Source of the DNA: Thermoplasmatota archaeon
GTDB lineage: Archaea > Thermoplasmatota > Thermoplasmata > UBA10834
Assembly (NCBI GenBank): GCA_040751795.1
Contig: JBFMHR010000005.1
Span: 32,001 to 96,000 of the forward strand
Direction of reading: 5' to 3'
DNA length: 64,000 nt
In this document: one piece after another, positions 56,337 through 64,000 of the stretch
Position numbering within the stretch: position 1 is the first letter of the stretch
Layout: every line of letters begins with the position of its first letter
Position numbers and translations under genes: made by a program
The notes under the pieces: generated by a model
The model's input: the letters and a program-made list of their open reading frames with translations, nothing else
Told to the model about the DNA's origin: nothing
Database searches by the model: none

Positions 56337-58736
56337 TCACTGGGTCGGCGGCGCCGGCGGCTCGGCCGGCGGGGCCGGCTCGGACTTCGTCAGGCCCGGT
56401 CCCCTCGTCTTCAGGAAGGGCACGACGATGAGCAGGAGGATCATCACTATGATGAGCACGAGCATCACGAAGTCTATCGCGCTCATCCCTATGACCTCCT
56501 TGTCCCAGCCGCTCTGGTCCGCCATGACCACGAAGTCGACGCCGTCGCTCGAGAGCCACGTGTTCTCGACGCCGTCGTACAGGGTCACCCATATGCCGTA
56601 GTAGCCGTCAGGGGTGTCCTCGGGCACCGTCACCGTGAGGGTGCCGGACGTGTCGTTGGTCAGGACGTACATGTCGATGTAGTCGGCGTACGAGTAGTAC
56701 CTGATCTTGTAGACCGACATGTGCGGCGCGCCGTTGGTCGTGATCTCGTAGCCGAACTCTATCTCCGCGCCGGGCTCGAACGCCCTGGACACGTACCCGG
56801 AGTCGCTGACGAGCCAGACGGAGATGGTGTACTCCTCCTCGAGCCAGACGCTCGACTCGGCCTCGACGTTGTTGCCCAGGCCGTCCTTGAGGGTCAGGGT
56901 CACAGTGTACTCGGTCGACGGGTCGCTGCCCGGCACCGTGAAGCTGATCATGCCGGAGGTCGCGAAGTCCATCGAAGAGGACGCGACCGGCTCGCCGCCG
57001 GCGTCCACGACCTCGTAGGAGAGCATGCCCGACGTCATCTCCGTCAGGATCTCGAACTCCCACTGGACCGTGTCGCCGCCGGAGTAGATCTCCGCTACCG
57101 GCGCTATGGCGATGTAGGCCTTCTGGACCCACGCGTCGTCCCAGGCGTCGAGGTAGTAGCCGTTCACTATGGTCACGGCCTCGATGTCGATCCAGCCGAC
57201 GTAGTCGTCGGGGACCGCGAAGCTGGCCTCGCCGGAGCTCGTGTTGCCGACCGCGACGTTGCCCAGGGAGCTGTACACGATGTAGAAGACCGAGTTGTTC
57301 TCGACCTCCTCCACGCCCCATACGGTCGTGAAGGTCACCGTGGCCGTCTCGCCGCTGTAGTACTGGTCCTTGTCCAGCTCAGCGTCGAGGTCGTACTCCA
57401 GGTCGATGTCGAACGTGGTCATCCTCACCACGGTGTAGCCGACCTTCGACATCGTCGCAGTGACGACGTAGGTCCCCGGGTCCGCGTCGGAGGCGAGCTG
57501 GAACTCGTGCTCCACGACGCCGTTGACGCCGGTCGTCAGGTCGGACGCGCCGTACGCGGCTATCGCGGCGCCGTCCTTCTCGACGACTATGTCCACGTCC
57601 GCCTCGGGCAGCGAGTACCAGTTGACCGTCGCCTGGGCGCTGACCACGACGACCTCGCCCGCGAGGTATGTGTCGTCCTCGGTCCAGACGTCGCCCATCA
57701 TGTCACCGGTGTAGAACGTTATCCAGGTCTCCATGCTCCTGTCGGCGGTGTCGTTCGCCCAGAAGTAGACGTCGTAGTCCGAGGTCAGGTTGATCTCGGC
57801 CGGGATCGTGAAGATCTCGGTGCCGAAGTAGCCTGGGACCAGCTCGCCTGTGTCGACCTGCAGGACGTTGGTCTCGTTGTACCACTCCGCGTTCCACTCG
57901 ACTGTCACATCGGAGTAGAGCGAGAGGGTGGCCATGTCGACCACCATGTACTCGACCTCGACGTTCTCGCCGGGCAGGACGTAGTACCTGTCCGTGTCGA
58001 GCATCAGGGCGTACTTGGCGACCCAGAACAGCTCGTCGAACCAGAGGGCGTCGGAGGTCTCGGCCCTCACCTCGATGAGGTACTCGCCGTCCTTGGCGTC
58101 CTCGGGTATGGTGAAGGTCTCGCTCCAGACGCCGTCCTCATCGACGGTCTGGTAGGTCCACGGCGGGACCATGTCGTCGTCCGTCTCGTTCAGGATCTGG
58201 ACGTAGAAGGCGTCGGTGTCCCCGGTCGTGACCGTTATGGTCACGTCCTGGCCGGGGTAGTAGTACCAGTCGTTCGGCGGGTCGAGGCTGAGCCCGGTCT
58301 CCTTCAGCACGATCTGCTCCCTGTCGACCTCGGTCCACCACCAGTAGTCCTCGACATAGAGGACTATGTCGCAGACGGTCATGTCCCCGCTTATGGGGAC
58401 CCCGTTGGTGTTCAGGGAGTCTATGGGGATCGCGGCCGAGCTGTTGTAGTACCCATCAACCGGGTCGTCAGTGGTAGTGTAGATGCTGTCCCTGACGTTC
58501 CCGTTCTCATCCACGAGCTCCACCAGTATGTCCGCGTCCACGAGCACGTTCTCGTAGTACAGCGTGACGTTCACATAGACGTGGTCTCCTCTGAAGAACA
58601 CGTCCATGGGCAGGCCCGCATCGTCTGTCGTCTGCACAGTGCCCGTGTAGTACACAGCACCCTTCGTCGGAAGGGCGGTGAACACGACGGCAATCATGCA
58701 CAGAGCCAGCGCTAAGCTCAAAATCTTGCCTTTCAT
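56337..58736 (-). CDS. Large acidic cell-surface protein with Ig-like repeats and C-terminal TM anchor (S-layer candidate)
   Basis: Signal peptide; repeated D...Y.PG(E/D).V beta-sandwich starts; about nine NxS/T sequons; C-terminal TM and Pro-rich tail. Confidence 0.8.
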   Translation of the reverse strand: MKGKILSLALALCMIAVVFTALPTKGAVYYTGTVQTTDDAGLPMDVFFRGDHVYVNVTLYYENVLVDADILVELVDENGNVRDSIYTTTDDPVDGYYNSSAAIPIDSLNTNGVPISGDMTVCDIVLYVEDYWWWTEVDREQIVLKETGLSLDPPNDWYYYPGQDVTITVTTGDTDAFYVQILNETDDDMVPPWTYQTVDEDGVWSETFTIPEDAKDGEYLIEVRAETSDALWFDELFWVAKYALMLDTDRYYVLPGENVEVEYMVVDMATLSLYSDVTVEWNAEWYNETNVLQVDTGELVPGYFGTEIFTIPAEINLTSDYDVYFWANDTADRSMETWITFYTGDMMGDVWTEDDTYLAGEVVVVSAQATVNWYSLPEADVDIVVEKDGAAIAAYGASDLTTGVNGVVEHEFQLASDADPGTYVVTATMSKVGYTVVRMTTFDIDLEYDLDAELDKDQYYSGETATVTFTTVWGVEEVENNSVFYIVYSSLGNVAVGNTSSGEASFAVPDDYVGWIDIEAVTIVNGYYLDAWDDAWVQKAYIAIAPVAEIYSGGDTVQWEFEILTEMTSGMLSYEVVDAGGEPVASSSMDFATSGMISFTVPGSDPSTEYTVTLTLKDGLGNNVEAESSVWLEEEYTISVWLVSDSGYVSRAFEPGAEIEFGYEITTNGAPHMSVYKIRYYSYADYIDMYVLTNDTSGTLTVTVPEDTPDGYYGIWVTLYDGVENTWLSSDGVDFVVMADQSGWDKEVIGMSAIDFVMLVLIIVMILLLIVVPFLKTRGPGLTKSEPAPPAEPPAPPTQ

Positions 58737-58770
58737 GGGCTATCCCATCCTCGGTCATTATTTGTTGGTC

Positions 58771-58811
58771 TATATATATAAGTTTGCCGTATTTTGTACT
58801 GACTATATATA
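58771..58811 (-). promoter_or_regulatory. Strong (double) TATA promoter of the surface protein gene
   Basis: TTATATATATA at 58771-58781 and a second TATATATA at 58804-58811. Confidence 0.6.
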
Positions 58812-58896
58812 GCGGCCCTCATCGCCGTATAGGGGGTAAGGCGATTGCTGTAGTCGCGGACGCGGGCCGCGCCACCCCCGCGCGCGCGCCCGGGGC

Positions 58897-60138
58897 TCAG
58901 CGCTCGCAGTGGTCGTGGTCGTCCCTGTGCCCCGCTGTCGAGCGCATCTCCTCGATGTTCCCCCTGCTGAACGGGGACATCGCCCTGAGCTTGGAGATCA
59001 CCCCGGGCATGACCTCGAGGACGCGGTCCACCTCCGCCTCCGTGTTCCACCTGCCGAGGGTGAACTGCACCGCGCTCTGCGCCTCCTCGGTCGGTATGCC
59101 GCACGCTAGGAGAACGTGCGACGGGAGGAGGCTCTTGGAGGTGCACGGCGAGCTGGACGACACCGACACGCCCATCATGTCGAGGTTGAGGAGCATCGCC
59201 TCCCCCTCGACGAACTTGAACCGGAAGTTGGCGTTGTTGGGCAGGCGCCTCGTCGGGTGCCCGTTGAGGGCGGAGTCCTCGACGCGCTCGAGCATCCCCT
59301 TGACCAAGCGGTCCCTGAGGGCCGCGATCCTGTCGGCCTCGGAGGCCATCTCGCTCCTCGCTATCTCCGCGGCCGCGCCGAACCCGACGATGCCCGGTAC
59401 GTTCTCGGAGCCGGACCTGAGCCCGCGCTCCTGCCCCCCGCCCTGCTCGACGGCCTCGATCCTCGTGCCGTCCCGGACGTAGAGGGCGCCGACGCCCTTC
59501 GGCCCGTACATGTCGTTGGAGGAGAGGGACATGAGGTCTATGCCGAGCGCCTGCACGTCGACGGGGACCTTGCCCGCCGCGGGTGCGGCGTCGACGTGGA
59601 AGTAGACGTCCTTCTCCTGGAGGAGCTTCCCCACCTCTGCTATCGGCTGCAGGGTGCCGATCTCGTTGTTCGCGAACATGAGCGACACGAGCACCGTGTC
59701 CTTCCGGACCGCCCTCTCCAGCTCGGCGACGTCCACGGACCCGTCCCCCGTCGGGGGGACGAAGGTGACCTCGAAGCCCTGCTTCTGCAGGTACTTCATG
59801 ATGTTGAGGACGGAGATGTGCTCGATGGCGGAGGTGACTACGTGGTTCCCCTCCCCCTTCATGCGCATCGCGACCCCCTTGATGCCGAGGTTGCTCGACT
59901 CGGTCGCCCCGGCGGTGAACACGACCTCCTCCCTGCGCTTCGCGTTGACGAGCCTCGCGACGCTCGTCCTCGCGTCCTCGAGGGCCCTCTTCGGCTCCCT
60001 GCCCGCGCCGTGCAGGGAGGCGGGGTTCCCGTACCTCTCGGTGAAGTAGGGCATCATCCTCTCGAGCACCCTCGGGTCCACGGGCGCGGCGGCCGCGTGG
60101 TCCATGTAGATCCTCTTGGCTCCGGCAGCCTCGGTCAT
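58897..60138 (-). CDS. iscS: Cysteine desulfurase (IscS/NifS group I)
   Basis: YMDHAA; GNPASLH; GATES; IEH; ANNEIGT; YGPKGVGAL; RSGSEN; Cys loop SSSSPCTS. Confidence 0.88.
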   Translation of the reverse strand: MTEAAGAKRIYMDHAAAAPVDPRVLERMMPYFTERYGNPASLHGAGREPKRALEDARTSVARLVNAKRREEVVFTAGATESSNLGIKGVAMRMKGEGNHVVTSAIEHISVLNIMKYLQKQGFEVTFVPPTGDGSVDVAELERAVRKDTVLVSLMFANNEIGTLQPIAEVGKLLQEKDVYFHVDAAPAAGKVPVDVQALGIDLMSLSSNDMYGPKGVGALYVRDGTRIEAVEQGGGQERGLRSGSENVPGIVGFGAAAEIARSEMASEADRIAALRDRLVKGMLERVEDSALNGHPTRRLPNNANFRFKFVEGEAMLLNLDMMGVSVSSSSPCTSKSLLPSHVLLACGIPTEEAQSAVQFTLGRWNTEAEVDRVLEVMPGVISKLRAMSPFSRGNIEEMRSTAGHRDDHDHCER

Positions 60139-60177
60139 GTCTCCTCCCTCCCTATTCCGCTTCACGGATGTAATGTC

Positions 60178-60552
60178 TCAGAAGGTCAAAACGGCATCGT
60201 ACTCGAGCACGAGGTCGTTCAGGGTCGCGGCGCCCACGACCTTCACGGGCGGCTCGAACTCCTCGGGCGAGGCCTTGGTCCCCCAGAGCTGCGCGCTCTG
60301 GGCGCAGGCGAACATCTCGACGCCCGCGGCCGCGGCCTGGTCCATGACCTCCTTGAGGCTGGGGAAGTCGCCCATCCTGACCTTCGCGGGCTCGCCCCTC
60401 CTCACGCCGAGGATCCCCTTCGCGAGGAAGTAGACCGCGGCGTCGACGCCCATGGCCTTCGCCGTGGACGCCAGTATGAACGGGGAGTAGAGCCTCTCGG
60501 GCGTGTCCGGTCCTGATGTCTGCACATAGAGTATCTTCTTCGCCAATTCCAT
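60178..60552 (-). CDS. DsrE-family protein
   Basis: QTSG...PF..A...AMG; FACAQS; GAAT. Confidence 0.82.
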   Translation of the reverse strand: MELAKKILYVQTSGPDTPERLYSPFILASTAKAMGVDAAVYFLAKGILGVRRGEPAKVRMGDFPSLKEVMDQAAAAGVEMFACAQSAQLWGTKASPEEFEPPVKVVGAATLNDLVLEYDAVLTF

Positions 60553-60574
60553 CTCCTCCCTGAATGGTGCGGGC

Positions 60575-60829
60575 TCAGGTCGTCCGTCTGATCAGAAACC
60601 GGAACCCGCCGTCCCTCCTCTCGACGGAGAGGAGCTCGTGGCCCGCGTGCTTGGCCCAGCTCCTTATGTCGGAGTCGGAGGCTGGGTCGTCTGCCAGGAC
60701 TTCCAGGACCTGTCCAACCTGGACCATCGAGATTTCCTCTCTGGTCCTGAACACCGGTTCCGGACAGTAGAGACCGATGCAGTCGAGGGTCTTGGTGGGT
60801 CGGGGGAATCCTTCGCCTCTATCAGGCAT
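60575..60829 (-). CDS. tusA: TusA/SirA sulfur carrier
   Basis: LDCIGLYCPEP; LEVLADDP...DI..W....GH. Confidence 0.92.
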   Translation of the reverse strand: MPDRGEGFPRPTKTLDCIGLYCPEPVFRTREEISMVQVGQVLEVLADDPASDSDIRSWAKHAGHELLSVERRDGGFRFLIRRTT

Positions 60830-60947
60830 GACTTCTCCTGGCCGATCTGACAGACGACCTTACTACTAATAACAGCGTTACTAATAATCCTTTCCGTTGA
60901 TATCAGTTACGCCTTGCCGTCGCGGGGGCATATCACAGCGTATAGCG

Positions 60948-61673
60948 TCAAGAAATGGTCATCGCGACCCTTCCCAACCTGCCCGCGAACCTCTTCGTGC
61001 CGAAGCCGACGCTCCTCTTCCTGAACGGGGCGGGGAGGTCGTCCGAGTGCCCCGTGGCGATCACCCTCAGCGCGGCGAGCCCGGTCGGCGTCGCCCTCTC
61101 CCCGGGGTGGTCCCCGGGCGTGTGCGCGAGCCCCCTCAGCAGGAAGGCGGCGGCGGGCGCGGGCACCCTGAAGGTGCCGTGGGACGTGGCCGTGACGCCG
61201 CGCCCGGTGGTGACGGTCGTGCACAGGACCTGCTCCCCCGGAGGGGCGACCATCGGCGCGACGAGCCCTATCCCCGCGATGTTCAGAAGCGCCTGAGGCC
61301 TCCCTATCTCGTGCAGGTGGACCTGCTCCGGCGGGAGGCCGTGCGCGTCCGACTCGGCCTCGAAGATCCGGTCGAGTATCCTCACGGCCACCTTGCCGTC
61401 CGAGCCCAGGAGCCGCGACATCGAAGAGACGGCCGAGTAGGCGTCGGCGTGGGACAGCGTCGGCGCGTGGTCCCCCCCCGCGACGTAGGAGACCGCGAGG
61501 CCTCTCTCTCCTTCCTCCTCGATCTCCGAGCAGTGGAACCCGACCCCGTGGGCGTCGGCGGCGCGTGACATCCTGCGGACGACGTCCTCCGACCGCTCGG
61601 GCTCAAGCAGCCCTATCGATGCGGCTAGGAGCATGTCGGCGGAGAGCCCCTCGCGGGCGTCGATGTGCAGCAC
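60948..61673 (-). CDS. Stand-alone LarC N-terminal domain (nickel-insertion family)
   Basis: GLSADML; AES.AHG...VHLHEIG; HG..RVPAPA; ERATPTG; GFG. No LarC C-terminal domain. Confidence 0.75.
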   Translation of the reverse strand: MLHIDAREGLSADMLLAASIGLLEPERSEDVVRRMSRAADAHGVGFHCSEIEEEGERGLAVSYVAGGDHAPTLSHADAYSAVSSMSRLLGSDGKVAVRILDRIFEAESDAHGLPPEQVHLHEIGRPQALLNIAGIGLVAPMVAPPGEQVLCTTVTTGRGVTATSHGTFRVPAPAAAFLLRGLAHTPGDHPGERATPTGLAALRVIATGHSDDLPAPFRKRSVGFGTKRFAGRLGRVAMTIS

Positions 61674-61725
61674 GGCTCCGAGAACATGGGCGCGGGAGAT
61701 AACCGTTGCGGGAGGCGCCCGCCCC

Positions 61726-62568
61726 TCACTGCTTGGCCTTGACCTTCCTGGTCTTGAGCTTCTTCTGCCTCAGCGCCGGTGCCGGCGACGGCACAGGTGA
61801 GGCCGCGGGCGGCGGGGCCGGCTCCCTCGCCTCGGCCGGCTCCTCCGCCGCCTCCTGCGGGACGGCCTCCTCGGGGGCGGGGGTGGGCTGCGGCTCGGGG
61901 ACGGGCTCGGGCTGGGGCGCAGGCTCCTGGACGGGCGCCTCGACGACGGGCTCGGGCACCGGCTCCGGCCTCGGCTCCTCGGCGGGCTGCACCGGCTCGG
62001 GCTGCGGCTGCGCCACGGGCTCCGGCTCCGCCTCGGGGACCCAGGGCTCCTGCCGCGGGGCCTCGGCCCGGGGCTCCTCCTTCGCCGGGGCGGCGGGCTG
62101 CTCCTCGGTCACGATGAACAGGGTGCCGCACTCCTCGCACCTGGCGGCGTCGGGCCTGACCAGGGCGGCGCACACGGGGCACTGGTAGCTGACGTCGTCG
62201 AGGAACCCGGCCCCGCACTTGGGGCACGTCTCCTCGGTCCCGTCGAGCATCCACGAGCACCGCGGGCAGCTCAGGCGCTTGTCCTCCTGCTTGACCTGGG
62301 CCGCCTCGAAGCTGATGATCTCCGTCAGGAGCATGTCTATGCTCTCCTCGGAGTGGGCGCGCTCCGTCCTCCGGCTGAACTCGGCGTATGAGACCCTGCA
62401 CGCCGGGCACCTCGGCGAAGTGGCGGGCACGAGCTCCCCGCAGAACGGGCACTCGAACCTGGTGTCGGGCCCGAACTTGGAGCCGCACCTCGGGCACGCC
62501 TCCTCCGAGCCGGAGACCCTGAACCCGCAGACCGGGCAGCCGAACAGTTGCTTCCTCTGGGTGGTCAT
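61726..62568 (-). CDS. Multi-zinc-ribbon protein with Pro/Glu-rich tail
   Basis: Eight CxxC motifs, (PE/PV)-rich low-complexity region, basic C-terminus. Confidence 0.82.
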   Translation of the reverse strand: MTTQRKQLFGCPVCGFRVSGSEEACPRCGSKFGPDTRFECPFCGELVPATSPRCPACRVSYAEFSRRTERAHSEESIDMLLTEIISFEAAQVKQEDKRLSCPRCSWMLDGTEETCPKCGAGFLDDVSYQCPVCAALVRPDAARCEECGTLFIVTEEQPAAPAKEEPRAEAPRQEPWVPEAEPEPVAQPQPEPVQPAEEPRPEPVPEPVVEAPVQEPAPQPEPVPEPQPTPAPEEAVPQEAAEEPAEAREPAPPPAASPVPSPAPALRQKKLKTRKVKAKQ

Positions 62569-62771
62569 CGCAGACTGCCAATCCTTCCGATACGCTTCCC
62601 GACTTAAACACTTTCGGTATATGATGCTACCCCCTCACCCAGCGGCCCTGGCGGGGCCAGAGTTCGAAAGGGATATATCGGCGCTAAGGCATCACACACC
62701 CTGGCACGGGCATGCGCGGACCGCCCACAGCGGCGGCGCACGTCCCGGCCGGGCGTCATCGAGGTGAACGA

Positions 62772-63485
62772 TTGGGTCCAGTGTCGAAGGTGATCAGTGC
62801 AGCGCTCGTCATCGCCTCGCTCTCCTCGGTCCTGCTCGCATCAGGATGCGGCGATGGGGGGGGCCCTGCGCCTGCCAAGTCGATGGACGCGACCACGGAC
62901 CCGGTCGCGGTCATATCGCCGCTCCCTGAGACGATCTCCAACGGGACCCGCTACGAGCTGAACGCGACGGACTCATACGACTACAACGGGACGCTCGTGG
63001 GGTACGTCTGGGAGATAGTGCACGGGGACGACACCTGGTACCTGTACGGCAGCATCGACTACTTCTGGTTCCGAGACGAGGGCCTGTACAGGATCACCCT
63101 GACGGTCGAGGACCTCTGGGGCAACACGGACGACGCCTTCACGGCCGTCATCTCCGTGGACGACTCCGACTTCGACGGGATGCCGGACTGGTGGGAGATG
63201 GCCTACTTCGACACGCTCGGGGAGGAGCCCGCGGACGACTACGAGGGGGACGGCTACTCCAACCTCCGCGAGTACGCCGACGGGACCGACCCGACGGTAG
63301 TGGACCCGCCGGAGACGGGATTCGAGCTCATCCAGGACAACTGGGTTTACATAGCGGCCATCGTGGCCGCGGCCGTCGCAGCCGCGGCGGCCCTCTACGT
63401 GCGCTCCAAGAGGAGGCAGAAGGAGCGCGAGGAGAAGAAGATCGAGATCGCCATCGAGCTGGAGAAGAGCCTCGACGAGGAGTGA
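62772..63485 (+). CDS. PKD-domain surface protein with Ca-binding-like DxDxDG motifs and C-terminal TM
   Basis: TTG after GAGGTGA; LLASGC; SYDYNG...YVW...G.Y.ITLTV PKD; DSDFDGMPDWWE / DGYSNLREY..GTDP; TM + KRR. Confidence 0.78.
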   Translation: MGPVSKVISAALVIASLSSVLLASGCGDGGGPAPAKSMDATTDPVAVISPLPETISNGTRYELNATDSYDYNGTLVGYVWEIVHGDDTWYLYGSIDYFWFRDEGLYRITLTVEDLWGNTDDAFTAVISVDDSDFDGMPDWWEMAYFDTLGEEPADDYEGDGYSNLREYADGTDPTVVDPPETGFELIQDNWVYIAAIVAAAVAAAAALYVRSKRRQKEREEKKIEIAIELEKSLDEE

Positions 63486-63487
63486 GC

Positions 63488-64000
63488 TCAGAGGGTCAGG
63501 AGAAGCACGGCCGCCCCGACCGCAGCGCAGTACACGCCGAACACCCATAGCTTCCTGGCCCGCACCGCCTTGAGCAGGTATCCTATCGCAGCGAAGCCGG
63601 TGACGAACGCCGCGGCGGCGCCGAGGACGAGGGAGAGCGCGTCGACGTCGTACCTTTCGAGGGTCGTGAGTCCGTAGGCGGACGCCCCGACCAGGGCCGG
63701 GACGGACAGGAGGAAGGCGAACGTCGCCGCGGCCTCCTTCTCGAGGCCCGAGAGCATCCCCCCCGACAATGTGGAGCCGCTCCTGGATATGCCAGGCACT
63801 ATGGACGCCGCCTGGAGCAGCCCCGCGGCGAGGGCGTCCCTCCCCTGCGCGGTCCCCCTCTTGGCGCCCCTCCCGAGCCTCTCCGAGACGAGGAGCACGG
63901 CAGCGTTGACGATGAGGGCGGCCCCGACCAGCGGCAGGGTGAATATCTCCTCAGCGCGGTCCGACAGTAGGAGGCCCACGACGGCGACAGGTATGGTGCC
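63488..64000 (-). CDS. uppP: Undecaprenyl-diphosphate phosphatase (5' end outside the window)
   Basis: Q..SIVPGISRSGST; A..FAFLLSVPA; F..YC. Confidence 0.9.
   Translation of the reverse strand, partial: GTIPVAVVGLLLSDRAEEIFTLPLVGAALIVNAAVLLVSERLGRGAKRGTAQGRDALAAGLLQAASIVPGISRSGSTLSGGMLSGLEKEAAATFAFLLSVPALVGASAYGLTTLERYDVDALSLVLGAAAAFVTGFAAIGYLLKAVRARKLWVFGVYCAAVGAAVLLLTL

Noticed and set aside
60864-60887. TACTAATAA direct repeat upstream of tusA, matching TATTAGTA upstream of cooS
   Set aside because: Most simply TATA-box variants; the central AAC-n3-GTT is not the SurR GTT-n3-AAC site.

Overview
GC-rich archaeal chromosomal window, most consistent with Thermoplasmatota. Supporting markers are rpoK-rps2-MEMO1, the two-subunit euryarchaeal RPA, PurP, Nep1, Trm112, an aSelB-like factor, TATA/BRE promoters and tRNA-Arg(TCG). 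About 65 genes can be supported; most long ORFs in the six-frame track are antisense shadows. The main catabolic block (26.3-38.7 kb) is a bacterial-type Wood-Ljungdahl carbonyl-branch cluster: ACT-cooT-cooC, a single 1380-aa CooS-AcsB fusion, acsD, acsC, a second cooC/acsF, acsV, acsE and DUF3786. The window also has two secreted clostripains, a four-gene ABC exporter, a nucleotide-sugar trio beside a likely S-layer glycoprotein, and a tusA-dsrE-iscS sulfur relay. The best candidates for undescribed biology are: (1) a membrane-anchored Reeler/choice-of-anchor-V-like protein with a non-canonical CX3CH heme motif, coupled to a His-bearing membrane protein and divergent from its own ccmF; (2) a receptor-like protein with zinc ribbons, 19 in-register xxNGxx hexapeptide repeats, one TM helix and CBM9/DOMON-like ectodomains, plus a soluble paralog 60 kb away; (3) a tandemly repeated DUF2085 + zinc-ribbon membrane module; (4) an HTH + nucleotidyltransferase pair inserted between rps2 and MEMO1. 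No CRISPR array, rRNA, integrase or transposase was seen. All family calls come from motif recognition by eye, not from database searches.
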